Positions 19,845 through 30,550 of a stretch of DNA of 64,000 bases are shown here, piece by piece. A program made the translations under genes and the position numbers. Numbering within the stretch: the stretch's first letter is position 1; each line of letters starts with the position of its first letter. The notes below the pieces were generated by a model, which ran no database searches, was not told the DNA's origin, and was given only the letters and a program-made list of their open reading frames with translations. The DNA is from Candidatus Omnitrophota bacterium (lineage in GTDB: Bacteria; Omnitrophota; Gorgyraeia; JABMRG01; JAFGKX01): the NCBI GenBank assembly GCA_043797125.1, contig JAZDPX010000006.1, positions 70,921 through 134,920 on the forward strand, written 5' to 3'.

Positions 19845-20530
19845 CTTCTCGCCAGAGCCTGCGCTATCTTCAAATCTTCTCTCGTCGTTATCTTAATGTT
19901 TCTATAATCCCCGGGTATTACCTTAACCTTTATGCCGCATGCTTCAGCAAGCGAAGCATCGTCGTTAAACCTCCATGCCCTCACATTTAATTTTTCATAA
20001 GCTGCGAGTAGCTGCTTTCTGTTAAAAGCCTGGGGGGTCTGCGCCTCCCACAAAGAGTTGCGGTCCGGCGTATTTAATACGTATCTGTTTTTTAAATTTA
20101 TTTTTTTTATCGTGGCTTTAACTCCGACTGCTAAAAGGCAGTTGGTGCCCTTTGAAACCGTGTCGGCGCATTTTTTTATTAAAGAAGGCGCTATAAACGG
20201 CCTTGCCGCATCGTGTATCAAAACATAAAAAGAATCTTTGCAGGCGCATAATCCATTATAAACAGAACGCGCGCGCGTTGAACCGCCTGAAACTATACGG
20301 CTTATCTTTTTATACTTTCTTTTTTCAATAAGGCCTTTTGCCTTTTTTAAAAAATACCTTGCTGCGACAAAAACAATATCATCTACGAATTTTGATTTTT
20401 CAAATGCATCGAGCGAGTAAAATAAAAGTTTCCTGTCGCCGATTTTAATTAACGGCTTAGGCGTGGCAAGGCGCATCCTCTTGCCCGTGCCGCCGGCCAC
20501 TATTATTGCTGTTATCTTTTTCTTATCCAA
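19841..20530 (-). CDS. ispD: 2-C-methyl-D-erythritol 4-phosphate cytidylyltransferase
   Basis: [27 protein letters not shown]. Confidence 0.97.
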   Translation of the reverse strand: MDKKKITAIIVAGGTGKRMRLATPKPLIKIGDRKLLFYSLDAFEKSKFVDDIVFVAARYFLKKAKGLIEKRKYKKISRIVSGGSTRARSVYNGLCACKDSFYVLIHDAARPFIAPSLIKKCADTVSKGTNCLLAVGVKATIKKINLKNRYVLNTPDRNSLWEAQTPQAFNRKQLLAAYEKLNVRAWRFNDDASLAEACGIKVKVIPGDYRNIKITTREDLKIAQALARR

Positions 20531-21556
20531 TTATTTCTGTTTCGGATAATACACGTTTGAAACCTTGGCAAATATCATCCTGCCTGCCGCGGTCTGCAAA
20601 ACGCTGGTGACCACCACGCTTTTGGTCTGGCCGATAAGCTGCCTTCCGCTTTCAACCACTATCATGGTGCCGTCATCCAAATAGCCAATGCCCTGATTTT
20701 GCTCTTTGCCTTCCTTTATGACCTTTACCTCGACTATCTCGCCCGGCAGCATAACAGGCTTTAACGCGTTAGCAAGCTCATTAATATTAAGCACTGTAAC
20801 ACCCTGCAGCTCCGCTACCTTGTTAAGATTATAGTCATTGGTAAATATCCTGGCATTTAATATCTTTGAAAGCTTTACCAGCTTTGAATCCACCTCGGGT
20901 ATATCAGCGAAATCCTCTTCATGTATCTTAACGTCAACATGAGGCTTTTTCTGCATCCTATTAAGTATATCCAGCCCCCTGCGCCCGCGGTTTCGCTTTA
21001 AAGAATCCTGCGAGTCCGCAATCTGCTGAAGTTCCTTAAGCACAAACCTCGGTATGATAAACCTGCCGTGTATAAAATGCGTGTCGCATATATCCGCGAT
21101 TCTTCCGTCAATTATTACGCTGGTGTCCAATATGATTATCTCTTCATCTTTATCCTGCCTCGAAAATTTAACATAAGGTATGACAAGGCTGAACTCATCC
21201 TTGCCCCTTATGGCAATGGTCATCCCTAGATAACAAAATATCAATGTCAATACAACCTGCATTATCAATGCCAGCGTTTCATTAAGCTGGTCTATGGACC
21301 TTAATATAAAGGAATCTGTAAGGATCTTTGACATAAGCAGTCCGAACAAAAGGCCAAACACCCCGGCGGAAAGCCCTCTTATAGATATCCGTCTTAAGCT
21401 AAACTCCGCAAAAATAATGAGCAGCGCAACTACAGCCCCTCCTACCATTCCTACAAAAGGCCAGTAACTATTATATTGCTCGAATATAAGCCCTATCTGA
21501 TAACCAACCGCCGTACTTATAACCGCAAAAAATATGCGTATGAAAAAAATTGTCAT
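20531..21556 (-). CDS. PIN/TRAM domain membrane protein (YacL-like)
   Basis: 4 TMs, [40 protein letters not shown]. Confidence 0.93.
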   Translation of the reverse strand: MTIFFIRIFFAVISTAVGYQIGLIFEQYNSYWPFVGMVGGAVVALLIIFAEFSLRRISIRGLSAGVFGLLFGLLMSKILTDSFILRSIDQLNETLALIMQVVLTLIFCYLGMTIAIRGKDEFSLVIPYVKFSRQDKDEEIIILDTSVIIDGRIADICDTHFIHGRFIIPRFVLKELQQIADSQDSLKRNRGRRGLDILNRMQKKPHVDVKIHEEDFADIPEVDSKLVKLSKILNARIFTNDYNLNKVAELQGVTVLNINELANALKPVMLPGEIVEVKVIKEGKEQNQGIGYLDDGTMIVVESGRQLIGQTKSVVVTSVLQTAAGRMIFAKVSNVYYPKQK

Positions 21557-21575
21557 TTGCGCTCCTTTCTATGAA

Positions 21576-22937
21576 CTAAAAACTAATATCTGCCGCTTCC
21601 TGAATATTTTTAACTCCTAAAAGCTTTATTTGTTTATGCGCTTTTATATGAGTCATGTCCTGCTTGGGCAAAATGCATCTTTTAAAACCTAAGCGGCTTG
21701 CTTCATTAACCCTTAGCTCTATTTGCCCAACGCCGCGTATTTCTCCCCCAAGGCCTATCTCGCCTATAAATATGGTTTCATTATCAACCGGCTTGTTTTT
21801 AAAGCTGGAGGCGATTGCGACAGTTACCGCTAAATCGCAGGCCGGCTCAGCTATCTTTATTCCTCCTGCTACATTTACAAATACATCGTGGTTTACCAAA
21901 TTTAAACCAAGCCTTTTCTCCAGGACAGCTATTAACAGCAACAGCCTGTTTAAGTCATATCCTATGGCGCGCTGCCTGCTCATAGAAAAATTAGAGGCTG
22001 TTACCAAAGCCTGTATCTCAACAAGGATAGGCCTTGTCCCTTCTATAGTCGAAACAACCGTGCTGCCGGAAATATTTTCACCGCGCGCTGAAAGGAAAAC
22101 TTCAGAAGGGTTTTCGACCTCTATTAACCCTTTCTGCGTCATGTGAAATACCCCTATCTCGTTAGTGGGGCCGAATCTGTTTTTTGTGCTCTTTAGTATC
22201 CTGAACGCTGTCAGGTTTGCGCTTTCAAAATATATCACGCAATCAACCATATGCTCCAATATTTTCGGTCCGGCTATCGAGCCTTCCTTTGTAACATGGC
22301 CCACAATAAACAGAGAAAATCCTTTGTATTTTGCCAGGGCGGTTAATGCGCCGGCTGATTCCTTTATCTGCGTAACGCTTCCCGCTGTCTGGGAAAAATC
22401 CTTATTATACAAAACCTGTATTGAGTCTATAACTACTATATCGGGGTTTAGACTTTCAATGTGCTCCGCGATGGACGAGACCTCGATATCATTAATCACG
22501 TATAGGTTATCTGACGAAATACCCAGCCTTTCCGAGCGCATTTTAGTCTGCGTGATGGATTCCTCGCCGCTGACATAAAGCACTCTTTTCTCTTTTGCCA
22601 GAATATTGGAAACCTCGAGCAAAAGAGTGGATTTGCCTATTCCGGGTTCGCCCCCGATTAAAATAACGGAGCCGGCTACTATGCCTCCTCCGAGGACTCT
22701 GTCTAATTCATTTATATTTGTTTTTGTTCTTATGCAGTCGTTCTGTTTTACATCTTTAAGCCTTTGCGGCGGCATATTTGAAGAATAAGACCTTCTTGTA
22801 ATGCTCTCGGAAACAGCGCCTTGCGCCATCTCTTCCATTAAGCTGTTCCACTTCTGGCAATCAGGGCAGCGGCCCAGCCATTTCGGGCTTTGGCACCCGC
22901 ATTCCTGACAGATAAATATAGTCTTCGTAGTAGTCAT
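21576..22937 (-). CDS. radA: DNA repair protein RadA/Sms (start moved to MTTTK at 22937)
   Basis: C4 zinc finger, GEPGIGKS, KNRFG; the ORF-track extension upstream is repeat-derived. Confidence 0.97.
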   Translation of the reverse strand: MTTTKTIFICQECGCQSPKWLGRCPDCQKWNSLMEEMAQGAVSESITRRSYSSNMPPQRLKDVKQNDCIRTKTNINELDRVLGGGIVAGSVILIGGEPGIGKSTLLLEVSNILAKEKRVLYVSGEESITQTKMRSERLGISSDNLYVINDIEVSSIAEHIESLNPDIVVIDSIQVLYNKDFSQTAGSVTQIKESAGALTALAKYKGFSLFIVGHVTKEGSIAGPKILEHMVDCVIYFESANLTAFRILKSTKNRFGPTNEIGVFHMTQKGLIEVENPSEVFLSARGENISGSTVVSTIEGTRPILVEIQALVTASNFSMSRQRAIGYDLNRLLLLIAVLEKRLGLNLVNHDVFVNVAGGIKIAEPACDLAVTVAIASSFKNKPVDNETIFIGEIGLGGEIRGVGQIELRVNEASRLGFKRCILPKQDMTHIKAHKQIKLLGVKNIQEAADISF

Positions 22938-22943
22938 GGATTT

Positions 22944-23051
22944 AATTAAAAATTCAAAATTAAAAATGCAAAATTGCAATTAAAAATTTAAAATTTAAAA
23001 TTTTGAATTTTTAATTGTAATTTTTAATTTTACATTTTTAATTTTTAATTT
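22944..23051. repeat. AT-rich heptamer tandem/inverted repeat (AAAATT(C/G/T)A family)
   Basis: aaaattcaaaattaaaaatgcaaaattgcaat...attgtaatttttaattttacatttttaattttt; similar at 30445-30550 and 44886-44960. Confidence 0.8.
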
Positions 23052-23730
23052 ATCTAATGCCTTTATCCTTATCCTCTTCTGTCTTCCTCGGCTCTCTTGG
23101 CTTGCTCAAAAGCTTCCAGGGGTTTTGCCTTATATCCTTGATCATCGCTTTTATATCTTCCGATATCTCTTCTATATTATTATATAATTTATCATCCATA
23201 AGCAGCTTGCCGACCGTACCTTCTTTTGCCTTTACCTTATCCAGGATGCCATTTATAGAATCCAGCATTGTTTCTATTTTAAGTATGACATCATAACCTT
23301 TTTGCGTCATCTTCTGCATCGAAACGGAATCAAATCCTATGATAACATCTCCGTCCTGCAAAACAGGGCTCTCGGGCGTGCCGGGAATTATCTCAACATA
23401 TTTTTCTCCTATAAGCCCCAATGTGTTTATAAGCACTGTGGCGTCCTTCTCAATCTTGGCATCATCAGTAAGCCACACCATTAATTCAACTTTTGTCTTT
23501 TTGGTCTCGGGGTCCTTAAATATACTAGTGCTTTTTACTTCTCCTACTTCGACACCGGCAACTCTGACAGGAGCCGCTATCTGAACGCCGTCGGCAAAAT
23601 TCAGGTGTATTTTTATATTGTATCCTGTTTTAAAGAGAAAATCCCCTATTGAAAAAACTACCATGGCAAGAAGTATAATGCCTACAAATACGAATATACC
23701 TATTCTTATTTCAAAACTATTCTCTTTCAT
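23050..23730 (-). CDS. mlaD: MCE-domain lipid transport protein MlaD
   Basis: N-terminal TM, APVRVAGVEVG, GLIGEKYVEIIPG. Confidence 0.92.
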   Translation of the reverse strand: MKENSFEIRIGIFVFVGIILLAMVVFSIGDFLFKTGYNIKIHLNFADGVQIAAPVRVAGVEVGEVKSTSIFKDPETKKTKVELMVWLTDDAKIEKDATVLINTLGLIGEKYVEIIPGTPESPVLQDGDVIIGFDSVSMQKMTQKGYDVILKIETMLDSINGILDKVKAKEGTVGKLLMDDKLYNNIEEISEDIKAMIKDIRQNPWKLLSKPREPRKTEEDKDKGIR

Positions 23731-24490
23731 TTTCCCCCCTGTCAGCTTCCTTAGTAATCGGGCCTATGGCCGCTCCTGTTATGAATTGTTTTACAACCGG
23801 ATTTTTCGTATTTTTTATTTCATCCGGAGTGCCTGTTTCAATTATTTTGCCTTTATAAAGCATAGAAATCCTGTCGGCAATCTTGTAAGCGCTCACCATG
23901 TCGTGCGTAACAACTATTGACGTTATCTCAAGCTTGTTTTGTAAATCCATAATAAGTTCATTTATCGCATCCGCCATTATCGGGTCAATGCCTGTTGTCG
24001 GCTCATCATACAATATAAACTTCGGCCTCATGCATATAGCCCTTGCCAGGCCGACCCTTTTTTTCATCCCACCCGAAAGCTCGGCAGGCCTTAAATCCTG
24101 TATGCCTTCAAGCCCGACTAATGCCAATGACTCTTTTACCCTCTTTGCTATTGTCTGCGAATCCAGATCCGTGTGCTCAATCAAGTTAAATCCGACATTT
24201 TCGTATACTGTAAGCGAATCAAAAAGGGCAGCCCCCTGAAAAAGCATTCCGAAATTAAGCCTCAATTTATTTAGTTCTTTAGGAAGCAGCTTTGTAACAT
24301 CTAACCCATCCACAATAACCTGCCCTGAATCAGGCTTCAAGATACCTATTATATGCTTAAGAAAAACACTCTTTCCGCAGCCTGAACGGCCTATAATAAC
24401 CTCTGTGATATTGCTGTCTATCTTAAGGTTTAAATCCCTTAATACCTTATTGCCTCTGAAAGTTTTATTCAAATTTATCGCTTCTATCAT
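23717..24490 (-). CDS. mlaF: MlaF/Mkl ABC ATPase
   Basis: GRSGCGKS, FQGAALFDS, LSGGMKKRV, YDEPTTGIDP. Confidence 0.93.
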   Translation of the reverse strand: MIEAINLNKTFRGNKVLRDLNLKIDSNITEVIIGRSGCGKSVFLKHIIGILKPDSGQVIVDGLDVTKLLPKELNKLRLNFGMLFQGAALFDSLTVYENVGFNLIEHTDLDSQTIAKRVKESLALVGLEGIQDLRPAELSGGMKKRVGLARAICMRPKFILYDEPTTGIDPIMADAINELIMDLQNKLEITSIVVTHDMVSAYKIADRISMLYKGKIIETGTPDEIKNTKNPVVKQFITGAAIGPITKEADRGENERE

Positions 24491-24492
24491 TT

Positions 24493-25278
24493 TTACCTTC
24501 CTATAAAATAAAACAGCGCGGTAAACAGGCAGTTTGCCGCGATAATCAGGATAAACGCTGTTACAACGCTGGTTGTGGTGGAATATCCCACTCCTTCGGC
24601 GCCGCCTTCTGTTCTGAAACCCTCGTAACAGCCTATTATTGTTATAATAACGGCAAATATCGAACTTTTAAACAGGCCGCTAAACACATCCTTTAAATCC
24701 AAAGGATTGGTAGTCATATTCATATATATGTTCGGGCTTAAGTGAAGTTTAAAAACGCCCACAATATATCCGCCGAAAATTCCTATGCAATCCGCGTATA
24801 ATGTAAGCAAAGGCAGCATAATAAACAATGCCAGCATGCGCGGCACCACAAGATATTTTATCGGATTTGCCGCGAGCGTTTCCAACGCATCGATTTGCTC
24901 GGTGACCTTCATTGTCCCTAATTCGGCTGTTATCGAGGCCCCGACCCTGCCTGCAACTACAAGGCCTGTTAATACAGGCCCTAGCTCTCTGGTCATTGAC
25001 AACGCGACAAGGCTCGGGATGTATATCTCGGCCGAGACCCTTTGCATCTGATTGGCGCTCTGCAGCGCCAAAACCATACCTGTAAACAGGCTTGTTAAAA
25101 ATACTATCGGCAAAGAATCCACGCCTGTCCTTTTCATCTGCAAAAATATCTGCTTGATCTTTAATGGAGGGGTAAAGCACAAAAATAAAGTTCTAATAAA
25201 TAATAATGTTGCTCCGCCCATATAAGAAAGCAGGTCTTCAAACTTTCCTGCTGCCATTGATTTAATATTCTGTTTCAT
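24493..25278 (-). CDS. mlaE: MlaE permease (start likely 25278, overlapping the clpC stop)
   Basis: RELGPVLT, GRVGA..AELGTMKVTEQIDALE, GGAEGVG. Confidence 0.94.
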   Translation of the reverse strand: MKQNIKSMAAGKFEDLLSYMGGATLLFIRTLFLCFTPPLKIKQIFLQMKRTGVDSLPIVFLTSLFTGMVLALQSANQMQRVSAEIYIPSLVALSMTRELGPVLTGLVVAGRVGASITAELGTMKVTEQIDALETLAANPIKYLVVPRMLALFIMLPLLTLYADCIGIFGGYIVGVFKLHLSPNIYMNMTTNPLDLKDVFSGLFKSSIFAVIITIIGCYEGFRTEGGAEGVGYSTTTSVVTAFILIIAANCLFTALFYFIGR

Positions 25279-27722
25279 TTTTGCGCCTTTGTAAAGGTAA
25301 GCCTGTCGTTCTGGCAATCAATCTTTATCTTCTTGGCGTCTTTTATGCCGCCTGCTATAATCTCCTCTGCTAACGGATCCTCTAAGTGGCTTTGTATTGT
25401 CCTTTTTAAAGGCCTTGCACCGTATATTTTATCAAAACCCTTTTCAATTAAAAAGTCTTTTGCCTTTTTGGTAAGCTCTATGTCTATATTCTGCTCGGCT
25501 AACCTCACCTTTACATAACCGACTTCTATCTCTATGATGCTTTGCAAATCTTCCATGGTAAGCGGATGAAATACTATTGTTTCATCTACCCTGTTTAGAA
25601 ATTCCGGCTTAAATGTCTTTTTCAAAACATCAAGCACTTGTTCTTTTGCCTGTTCGTAGGTTACGTCCTCTTTTTGGGCCTTAAACCCGAGAGCGCCCTG
25701 TTTCTTCCATAAATCAGCGCCGACATTAGAGGTCATAATAACAACGGTATTTCTGAAGTTTACTCTCCTGCCGTATGAATCAGTAAGTCTTCCTTCCTCA
25801 AATATCTGCAATAACATATTAAAAACATCCGGGTGCGCCTTTTCAATTTCATCCAGCAAAACCACCGAATAAGGCTTTCGCCTTACCTTTTCCGTAAGCT
25901 GGCCTCCTTCTTCATACCCTACATATCCCGGAGGCGCGCCAACTAATCTTGATACGTTGAATTTTTCCATATATTCGGACATATCCAGTTGTATCAGGGC
26001 CTCTTCATTGCCGAATAAAAATTCGGCTAAAACACGCGCAAGCAAAGTCTTTCCCACTCCTGTGGGGCCAAGGAATAAAAACGAACCTACCGGGCGTCGT
26101 TGATCCTTTATTCCGGCTCTGGAGCGTCGGACTGCCCTGGCTATGGCCTTTATCGCTTCTTCCTGGCCGATTATGCGCCTGTGCATTTCTTCTTCCATCT
26201 TAAGCAGCTTCTCGGATTCTTTTTCCTCAAGGCGAACGAGCGGGATATTGGTCCATTTAGAGACTATACGCGCGACTTCTTCAACGCCGACTTCAGGGAT
26301 GCTTTCTTTGGTTGTCTCTTTCCATTTATTTTTTTGTTTTTCTATTTCTATTTTTGCCTGCCTCTCTTTATCCCTAATTTTGGCAGCCTGCTCAAAATCC
26401 TGGGCCCTTACAGCCAGCTCTTTTTCCTTCCTTATCTCTTCAAGTTTTTTCTCTAAATCTTTTACATCAGGAGGGGCTGTCATCACATCAAGCCTGGCGC
26501 GCGAACCTGCCTCATCTATGACATCCACTGCCTTATCCGGAAGAAACCTGTCGCTTATGTATCTGTCTGAAAGCTTAGCCGCCGCATCTATTGCAGCATC
26601 TGTAATCTTGATTTTATGATGCGCCTCATACCTGCTTCTTAAGCCCTTTAATATTTCCACTGTCTCAAGCACTGTTGGAGGATTGACCATTATGGTCTGG
26701 AATCTTCTTTCCAGCGCCGCGTCTTTTTCTATAAATTTCCTGTATTCATCAAGCGTGGTTGCGCCTATGCATTGTATCTCCCCGCGGGAAAGCGCGGGTT
26801 TTAATATGTTTGAAGCGTCAATGGCGCCTTCCGCGCCGCCGGCCCCCACTAATGTGTGCAATTCGTCGATAAAAACTATTATATTCGCGGAGCGTTTTAT
26901 TTCATCCATTACAGCCTTTATTCTTTCTTCAAATTGCCCGCGATATTTTGTTCCTGCAACCATAAGCGCAAGATCAAGCGTAATCACTCTTTTGTCGCGC
27001 AGGACCTCAGGGATATCGCTGACTATTATCTTCTGCGCCAGGCCTTCAACAATTGCGGTTTTTCCTACGCCGGCCTCGCCTAATAACACGGGATTATTTT
27101 TGGTGCGGCGGCTTAATATCTGTATAACCCTTTCTATTTCTTCTTTTCTTCCGATAACAGGATCGAGTTTATTGTCTTTGGCAAGCTCGGTTAAGTCCCT
27201 GCCAAAGGCATCCAGCGCCGGAGTCTTGCTTTTTTCTTTTGGCTTTTTTGAAACATCGGGTTGCTCAATTCCCGCTCCGGGAATGGCTGAACCCAGCAAA
27301 GACATGATCTCAACCCTGACCCTTTCAAGGTCAAGGCCTAAATTCAGCAGCACCTGGCTGGCGATACCTTCGCCTTCCCTTAGCAAGCCTAAAAGCAGGT
27401 GCTCTGTCCCGATATAATTATGCCCGAGATGCCTGGCCTCATCCATGGCAAGCTCTATCACCTTTTTCGCTTTTGGCGTAAATGGTATATCGCCGGATAT
27501 TACCGTTGACGGGCCCGGCTTTACCAATTTTTCCACTTCAAATCTTATGACATCCAGGCTTAAGCCTAAATTCTGCAATACGGCTGCCGCTACGCCTTCG
27601 CCTTCCTTTATCAGGCCCATAAGCAAATGCTCGGTCCCGATATAATCGTGATTTAACCTCTTTGCTTCGTCCTTCGCCAGAATAACAACTTTTCTGGCCC
27701 GTTCCGTAAATCTGTTAAACAT
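25275..27722 (-). CDS. clpC: ATP-dependent Clp protease ATPase ClpC
   Basis: MFNRFTERARKV, two Clp-N repeats, two AAA+ modules, UVR middle domain, LGF ClpP-docking loop. Confidence 0.97.
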   Translation of the reverse strand: MFNRFTERARKVVILAKDEAKRLNHDYIGTEHLLMGLIKEGEGVAAAVLQNLGLSLDVIRFEVEKLVKPGPSTVISGDIPFTPKAKKVIELAMDEARHLGHNYIGTEHLLLGLLREGEGIASQVLLNLGLDLERVRVEIMSLLGSAIPGAGIEQPDVSKKPKEKSKTPALDAFGRDLTELAKDNKLDPVIGRKEEIERVIQILSRRTKNNPVLLGEAGVGKTAIVEGLAQKIIVSDIPEVLRDKRVITLDLALMVAGTKYRGQFEERIKAVMDEIKRSANIIVFIDELHTLVGAGGAEGAIDASNILKPALSRGEIQCIGATTLDEYRKFIEKDAALERRFQTIMVNPPTVLETVEILKGLRSRYEAHHKIKITDAAIDAAAKLSDRYISDRFLPDKAVDVIDEAGSRARLDVMTAPPDVKDLEKKLEEIRKEKELAVRAQDFEQAAKIRDKERQAKIEIEKQKNKWKETTKESIPEVGVEEVARIVSKWTNIPLVRLEEKESEKLLKMEEEMHRRIIGQEEAIKAIARAVRRSRAGIKDQRRPVGSFLFLGPTGVGKTLLARVLAEFLFGNEEALIQLDMSEYMEKFNVSRLVGAPPGYVGYEEGGQLTEKVRRKPYSVVLLDEIEKAHPDVFNMLLQIFEEGRLTDSYGRRVNFRNTVVIMTSNVGADLWKKQGALGFKAQKEDVTYEQAKEQVLDVLKKTFKPEFLNRVDETIVFHPLTMEDLQSIIEIEVGYVKVRLAEQNIDIELTKKAKDFLIEKGFDKIYGARPLKRTIQSHLEDPLAEEIIAGGIKDAKKIKIDCQNDRLTFTKAQK

Positions 27723-27778
27723 CTCTTACCTCCTGTTATCAATAAAATAGAACGTTATAAAACTCATTCTTTTGCTTT

Positions 27779-27877
27779 GCGCAGATTAGCACAGATTAAA
27801 GGATGCAAGATGATCACAGATATTTTCCTAAAGAATCTGCGATCATCTGTTTCTTTTGATCTGCGATTATCTGTGTA
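27779..27877. repeat. CAGAT/ATCTG tandem-inverted repeat element
   Basis: cgcagatt, cacagatt, cacagat ... aatctgcg, atctgt, atctgcg, atctgtg. Confidence 0.7.
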
Positions 27878-27878
27878 A

Positions 27879-28934
27879 TCATCTATCTTTTTTTAACTTA
27901 GCTCTGATTATCTTTGCCCTTTCAATATCTCTTTCTGAAGCTGATAGTTTTTTCTTTTTTAATTTTTGCAAATGCGCCGGTTGAATAATAATAAAAAGCT
28001 CGTTAAGCACCGAGCTGTCTACATCGGTTATTACATTTGTCTCAACGCCTAATCTAACCAGAGAGAGAAGCTCAAGCGCTTCCTCGCTGCTTATAACATG
28101 GGCATTTTTAAATGTAGCGTAAGCCCTTGAAATCCTGTCCTCGACAACTTCTCTTTTCTTGGCCATAAGAAAATTGCGGGAATTTTCTTCCTGGGATATC
28201 AGCTGCTGTATGACCCTTTCCAAGCTATTTATTATATCCTGCTCTCTGTGCCCGAGTGTAACCTGATTTGACACCTGGAAAAAGTTGCCGCTGGCCTGCG
28301 TGCCCTCTCCGAAAAAACCGCGCACGGTAAGCCCGAGCCTTGATATGGCCTTTATAACTTCTTTAATCTGGCCTGTCATGACTATTGCCGGAAGATGCAT
28401 CATTACCGAAGCGCGCATGCCTGTGCCGACATTGGTGGGGCATGCGGTTAAATACCCTAATTGTTCTGAATAGGCAAAATCAAAATTTTTCTCCAAATCT
28501 TTATCAAAACCTTCCAGGATATCCCATGCGCCTGTTAAATTAAGGCCCGCCTGAAGGACTTGAATTCTTAAATGGTCTTCCTCGTTTATCATAATACTTA
28601 TTATCTCTTTCTCGCTTATAAACACGGCCTTATGCGCCGTGTCCTGAAGATGCTCTCTGCTTACCATGTGCCTTTCAAGAAGAAATTGCCTGTCTATCGG
28701 GCTTACCTTATCCATCTCTAGGTAAAGAGAGTTTTTCATGAAATTCAAAGAAGAGATTTTCTCTTTAGCAATGGTTTTTATCTTTTCTTTTACAGCGTCA
28801 TCCGCCCAGTTAAAAAAAGCGAAACCCTTTATATTCCTTGCCAGCCTGACCCTGCTGGATACAACAACTCCGGCGCCCGGGCTTGCACCTTTATACCATT
28901 CACCGGTCTGATTTAGCAGATCATCGAGCGTCAT
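27879..28934 (-). CDS. mcsB: Protein arginine kinase McsB
   Basis: SSRVRLARN, INEEDHLR, LTACPTNVGTG, RGFFGEG. Confidence 0.96.
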   Translation of the reverse strand: MTLDDLLNQTGEWYKGASPGAGVVVSSRVRLARNIKGFAFFNWADDAVKEKIKTIAKEKISSLNFMKNSLYLEMDKVSPIDRQFLLERHMVSREHLQDTAHKAVFISEKEIISIMINEEDHLRIQVLQAGLNLTGAWDILEGFDKDLEKNFDFAYSEQLGYLTACPTNVGTGMRASVMMHLPAIVMTGQIKEVIKAISRLGLTVRGFFGEGTQASGNFFQVSNQVTLGHREQDIINSLERVIQQLISQEENSRNFLMAKKREVVEDRISRAYATFKNAHVISSEEALELLSLVRLGVETNVITDVDSSVLNELFIIIQPAHLQKLKKKKLSASERDIERAKIIRAKLKKDR

Positions 28935-29455
28935 TTAGGTTCCTTCTCAAGATCTCTTATTCTATCCCTTAGCGCTGCTGCCTTTTCATAATCTTCCGAT
29001 CTAATAGCCTGTTGCAGTTTTTGTTTTAAGTGCTGGATCTTTTCATAGCTTGTCAACTCCTTAATTTCCTCAGGGTGTTCGGTTTCACCGCCGGCTGGCA
29101 ATGCCTTGGGCTCTTTGCCTGTATGATGGGTTGAGCCATGTATGTTCTTGAGCAAAGGCAGCAATGCCTTGTTAAATGCCATGTAACAATCGCTGCAGCC
29201 GAGCCTTCCTATTTTTCTGAAATCAGAGTAAGTCATGCCGCAGGAGGGGCATTTTAAATATTGCTCCTTTTCCTCGGCTAAGGTCGGAAAATCCACTAAA
29301 CCGGAAAGCAAATCAGCAATGCCGAAACTCTGCTGCGCCTTAATACTCTCTGCTTCCGCGCAGCTCTGGCACACATGCAGCTCGCTTGCCTCGCCGTTGA
29401 CTATTTCCGTTATGTGTATCGTGGCTTCTTTTTTATGGCATATATCGCATATCAT
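28931..29455 (-). CDS. mcsA: McsA (CxxC zinc fingers and UVR domain)
   Basis: CDIC, CQSC, CPSC, RLGCSDCY, EDYEKAAALRD. Confidence 0.95.
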   Translation of the reverse strand: MICDICHKKEATIHITEIVNGEASELHVCQSCAEAESIKAQQSFGIADLLSGLVDFPTLAEEKEQYLKCPSCGMTYSDFRKIGRLGCSDCYMAFNKALLPLLKNIHGSTHHTGKEPKALPAGGETEHPEEIKELTSYEKIQHLKQKLQQAIRSEDYEKAAALRDRIRDLEKEPK

Positions 29456-29470
29456 CGAAACTCCCTAATT

Positions 29471-29543
29471 TGGTCCATAGTCTATGGCCAATGGTCTATA
29501 GTAAATTATCGACCATAGACTATCGACTATTGACTATCGACTA
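29471..29543. repeat. Tandem-inverted heptamer repeat (GACTATC family)
   Basis: ggtccatagtctatggccaatggtctatagt...gaccatagactatcgactattgactatcgacta. Confidence 0.8.
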
Positions 29544-30419
29544 AATATCATACCTCACCCCAACCTTTTTTGTCACCTTATGAAACTCTTCCGTTAGCAT
29601 CTTCGTCATGGGCCCTGGTTTTCCCGAACCTATCTTTCTGTCATCCACCTTTACTACCGGTATAACTTCGGCCGCTGTCCCGGTGAGAAAACATTCATCT
29701 GCTTTGTAAACTTGGCCTAACTTAAATTTCTTATGGGAAAATGAGATCTTCTTTTTTCCGGCAATCCCGATAATTGTCTCACTGGTAATACCTTCTAATG
29801 CGCCTATATCATAGGGCGGGGCAAAAAGCTTACCCTCTTCGGCAATAAAAATATTATCTCCGCTGCATTCGGCAACATAGCCTCTATAATCCAGCATGAT
29901 TGCCTCTTCCGAACCGGCATTTATAGCGTCGGTTTTAGCCAATATATTATTAAGATAATTAAGGGATTTTATCCTCGGGTCCAGCGCATGGGGAAGATTT
30001 CTCCTTGTCTTGGCAGTAATAATATTCAAGCCCTTTTGATAAAATTCCTGGGGATAAAGCTTTATCTTGTCGGTTATTATAATAATACGCCCTTTTCCGC
30101 ATTTTCGAGGATCAAGCCCTAAATCACCCGTACCTCTGGTTATAATAAGCCTGATATAAGCGTCTTTTAGCTTGTTTTCTTTTAATGTTCTTATAGTTTC
30201 TTTTATTAACTCAGGCCTGTCTAAAGGTATTTTGAGCCCTATTGCCTTGGCTGATTTAAACAACCTGTCTATATGTTCGTCTAATTTAAACACAAGGCCG
30301 TCATAGGACCTTATGCCTTCAAATACGCCATCGCCGTATAATAACCCGTGGTCAAAAACAGAAACCTTGGCATCCTGCTTCTTGAAAAATTCACCGTCTA
30401 TGTAGACCTTTGGCGGCAT
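29541..30419 (-). CDS. ilvE: Branched-chain amino acid aminotransferase
   Basis: DHGLLYGDGVFEG, KSLNY, ECSGDNIF, GTAAEV. Confidence 0.96.
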   Translation of the reverse strand: MPPKVYIDGEFFKKQDAKVSVFDHGLLYGDGVFEGIRSYDGLVFKLDEHIDRLFKSAKAIGLKIPLDRPELIKETIRTLKENKLKDAYIRLIITRGTGDLGLDPRKCGKGRIIIITDKIKLYPQEFYQKGLNIITAKTRRNLPHALDPRIKSLNYLNNILAKTDAINAGSEEAIMLDYRGYVAECSGDNIFIAEEGKLFAPPYDIGALEGITSETIIGIAGKKKISFSHKKFKLGQVYKADECFLTGTAAEVIPVVKVDDRKIGSGKPGPMTKMLTEEFHKVTKKVGVRYDI

Positions 30420-30444
30420 AATATTCAAATCCTCTCTAGTGTTT

Positions 30445-30550
30445 AATTAAAAATTTAAAATTAAAAATGTAAAATTGCAGTTCAAAATTAAAAATTGTTT
30501 TAAATTTTGAATTTTTAATTGTAATTTTGAATTTTGCATTTTTAATTTTT
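30445..30550. repeat. AT-rich heptamer tandem/inverted repeat
   Basis: Same family as 22944-23051. Confidence 0.8.

Noticed and set aside
22938-22979. N-terminal extension of RadA (MQFCIFNFEFLIKS)
   Set aside because: It is translated AT-rich repeat with a TTG start; the homologous start is at 22937.
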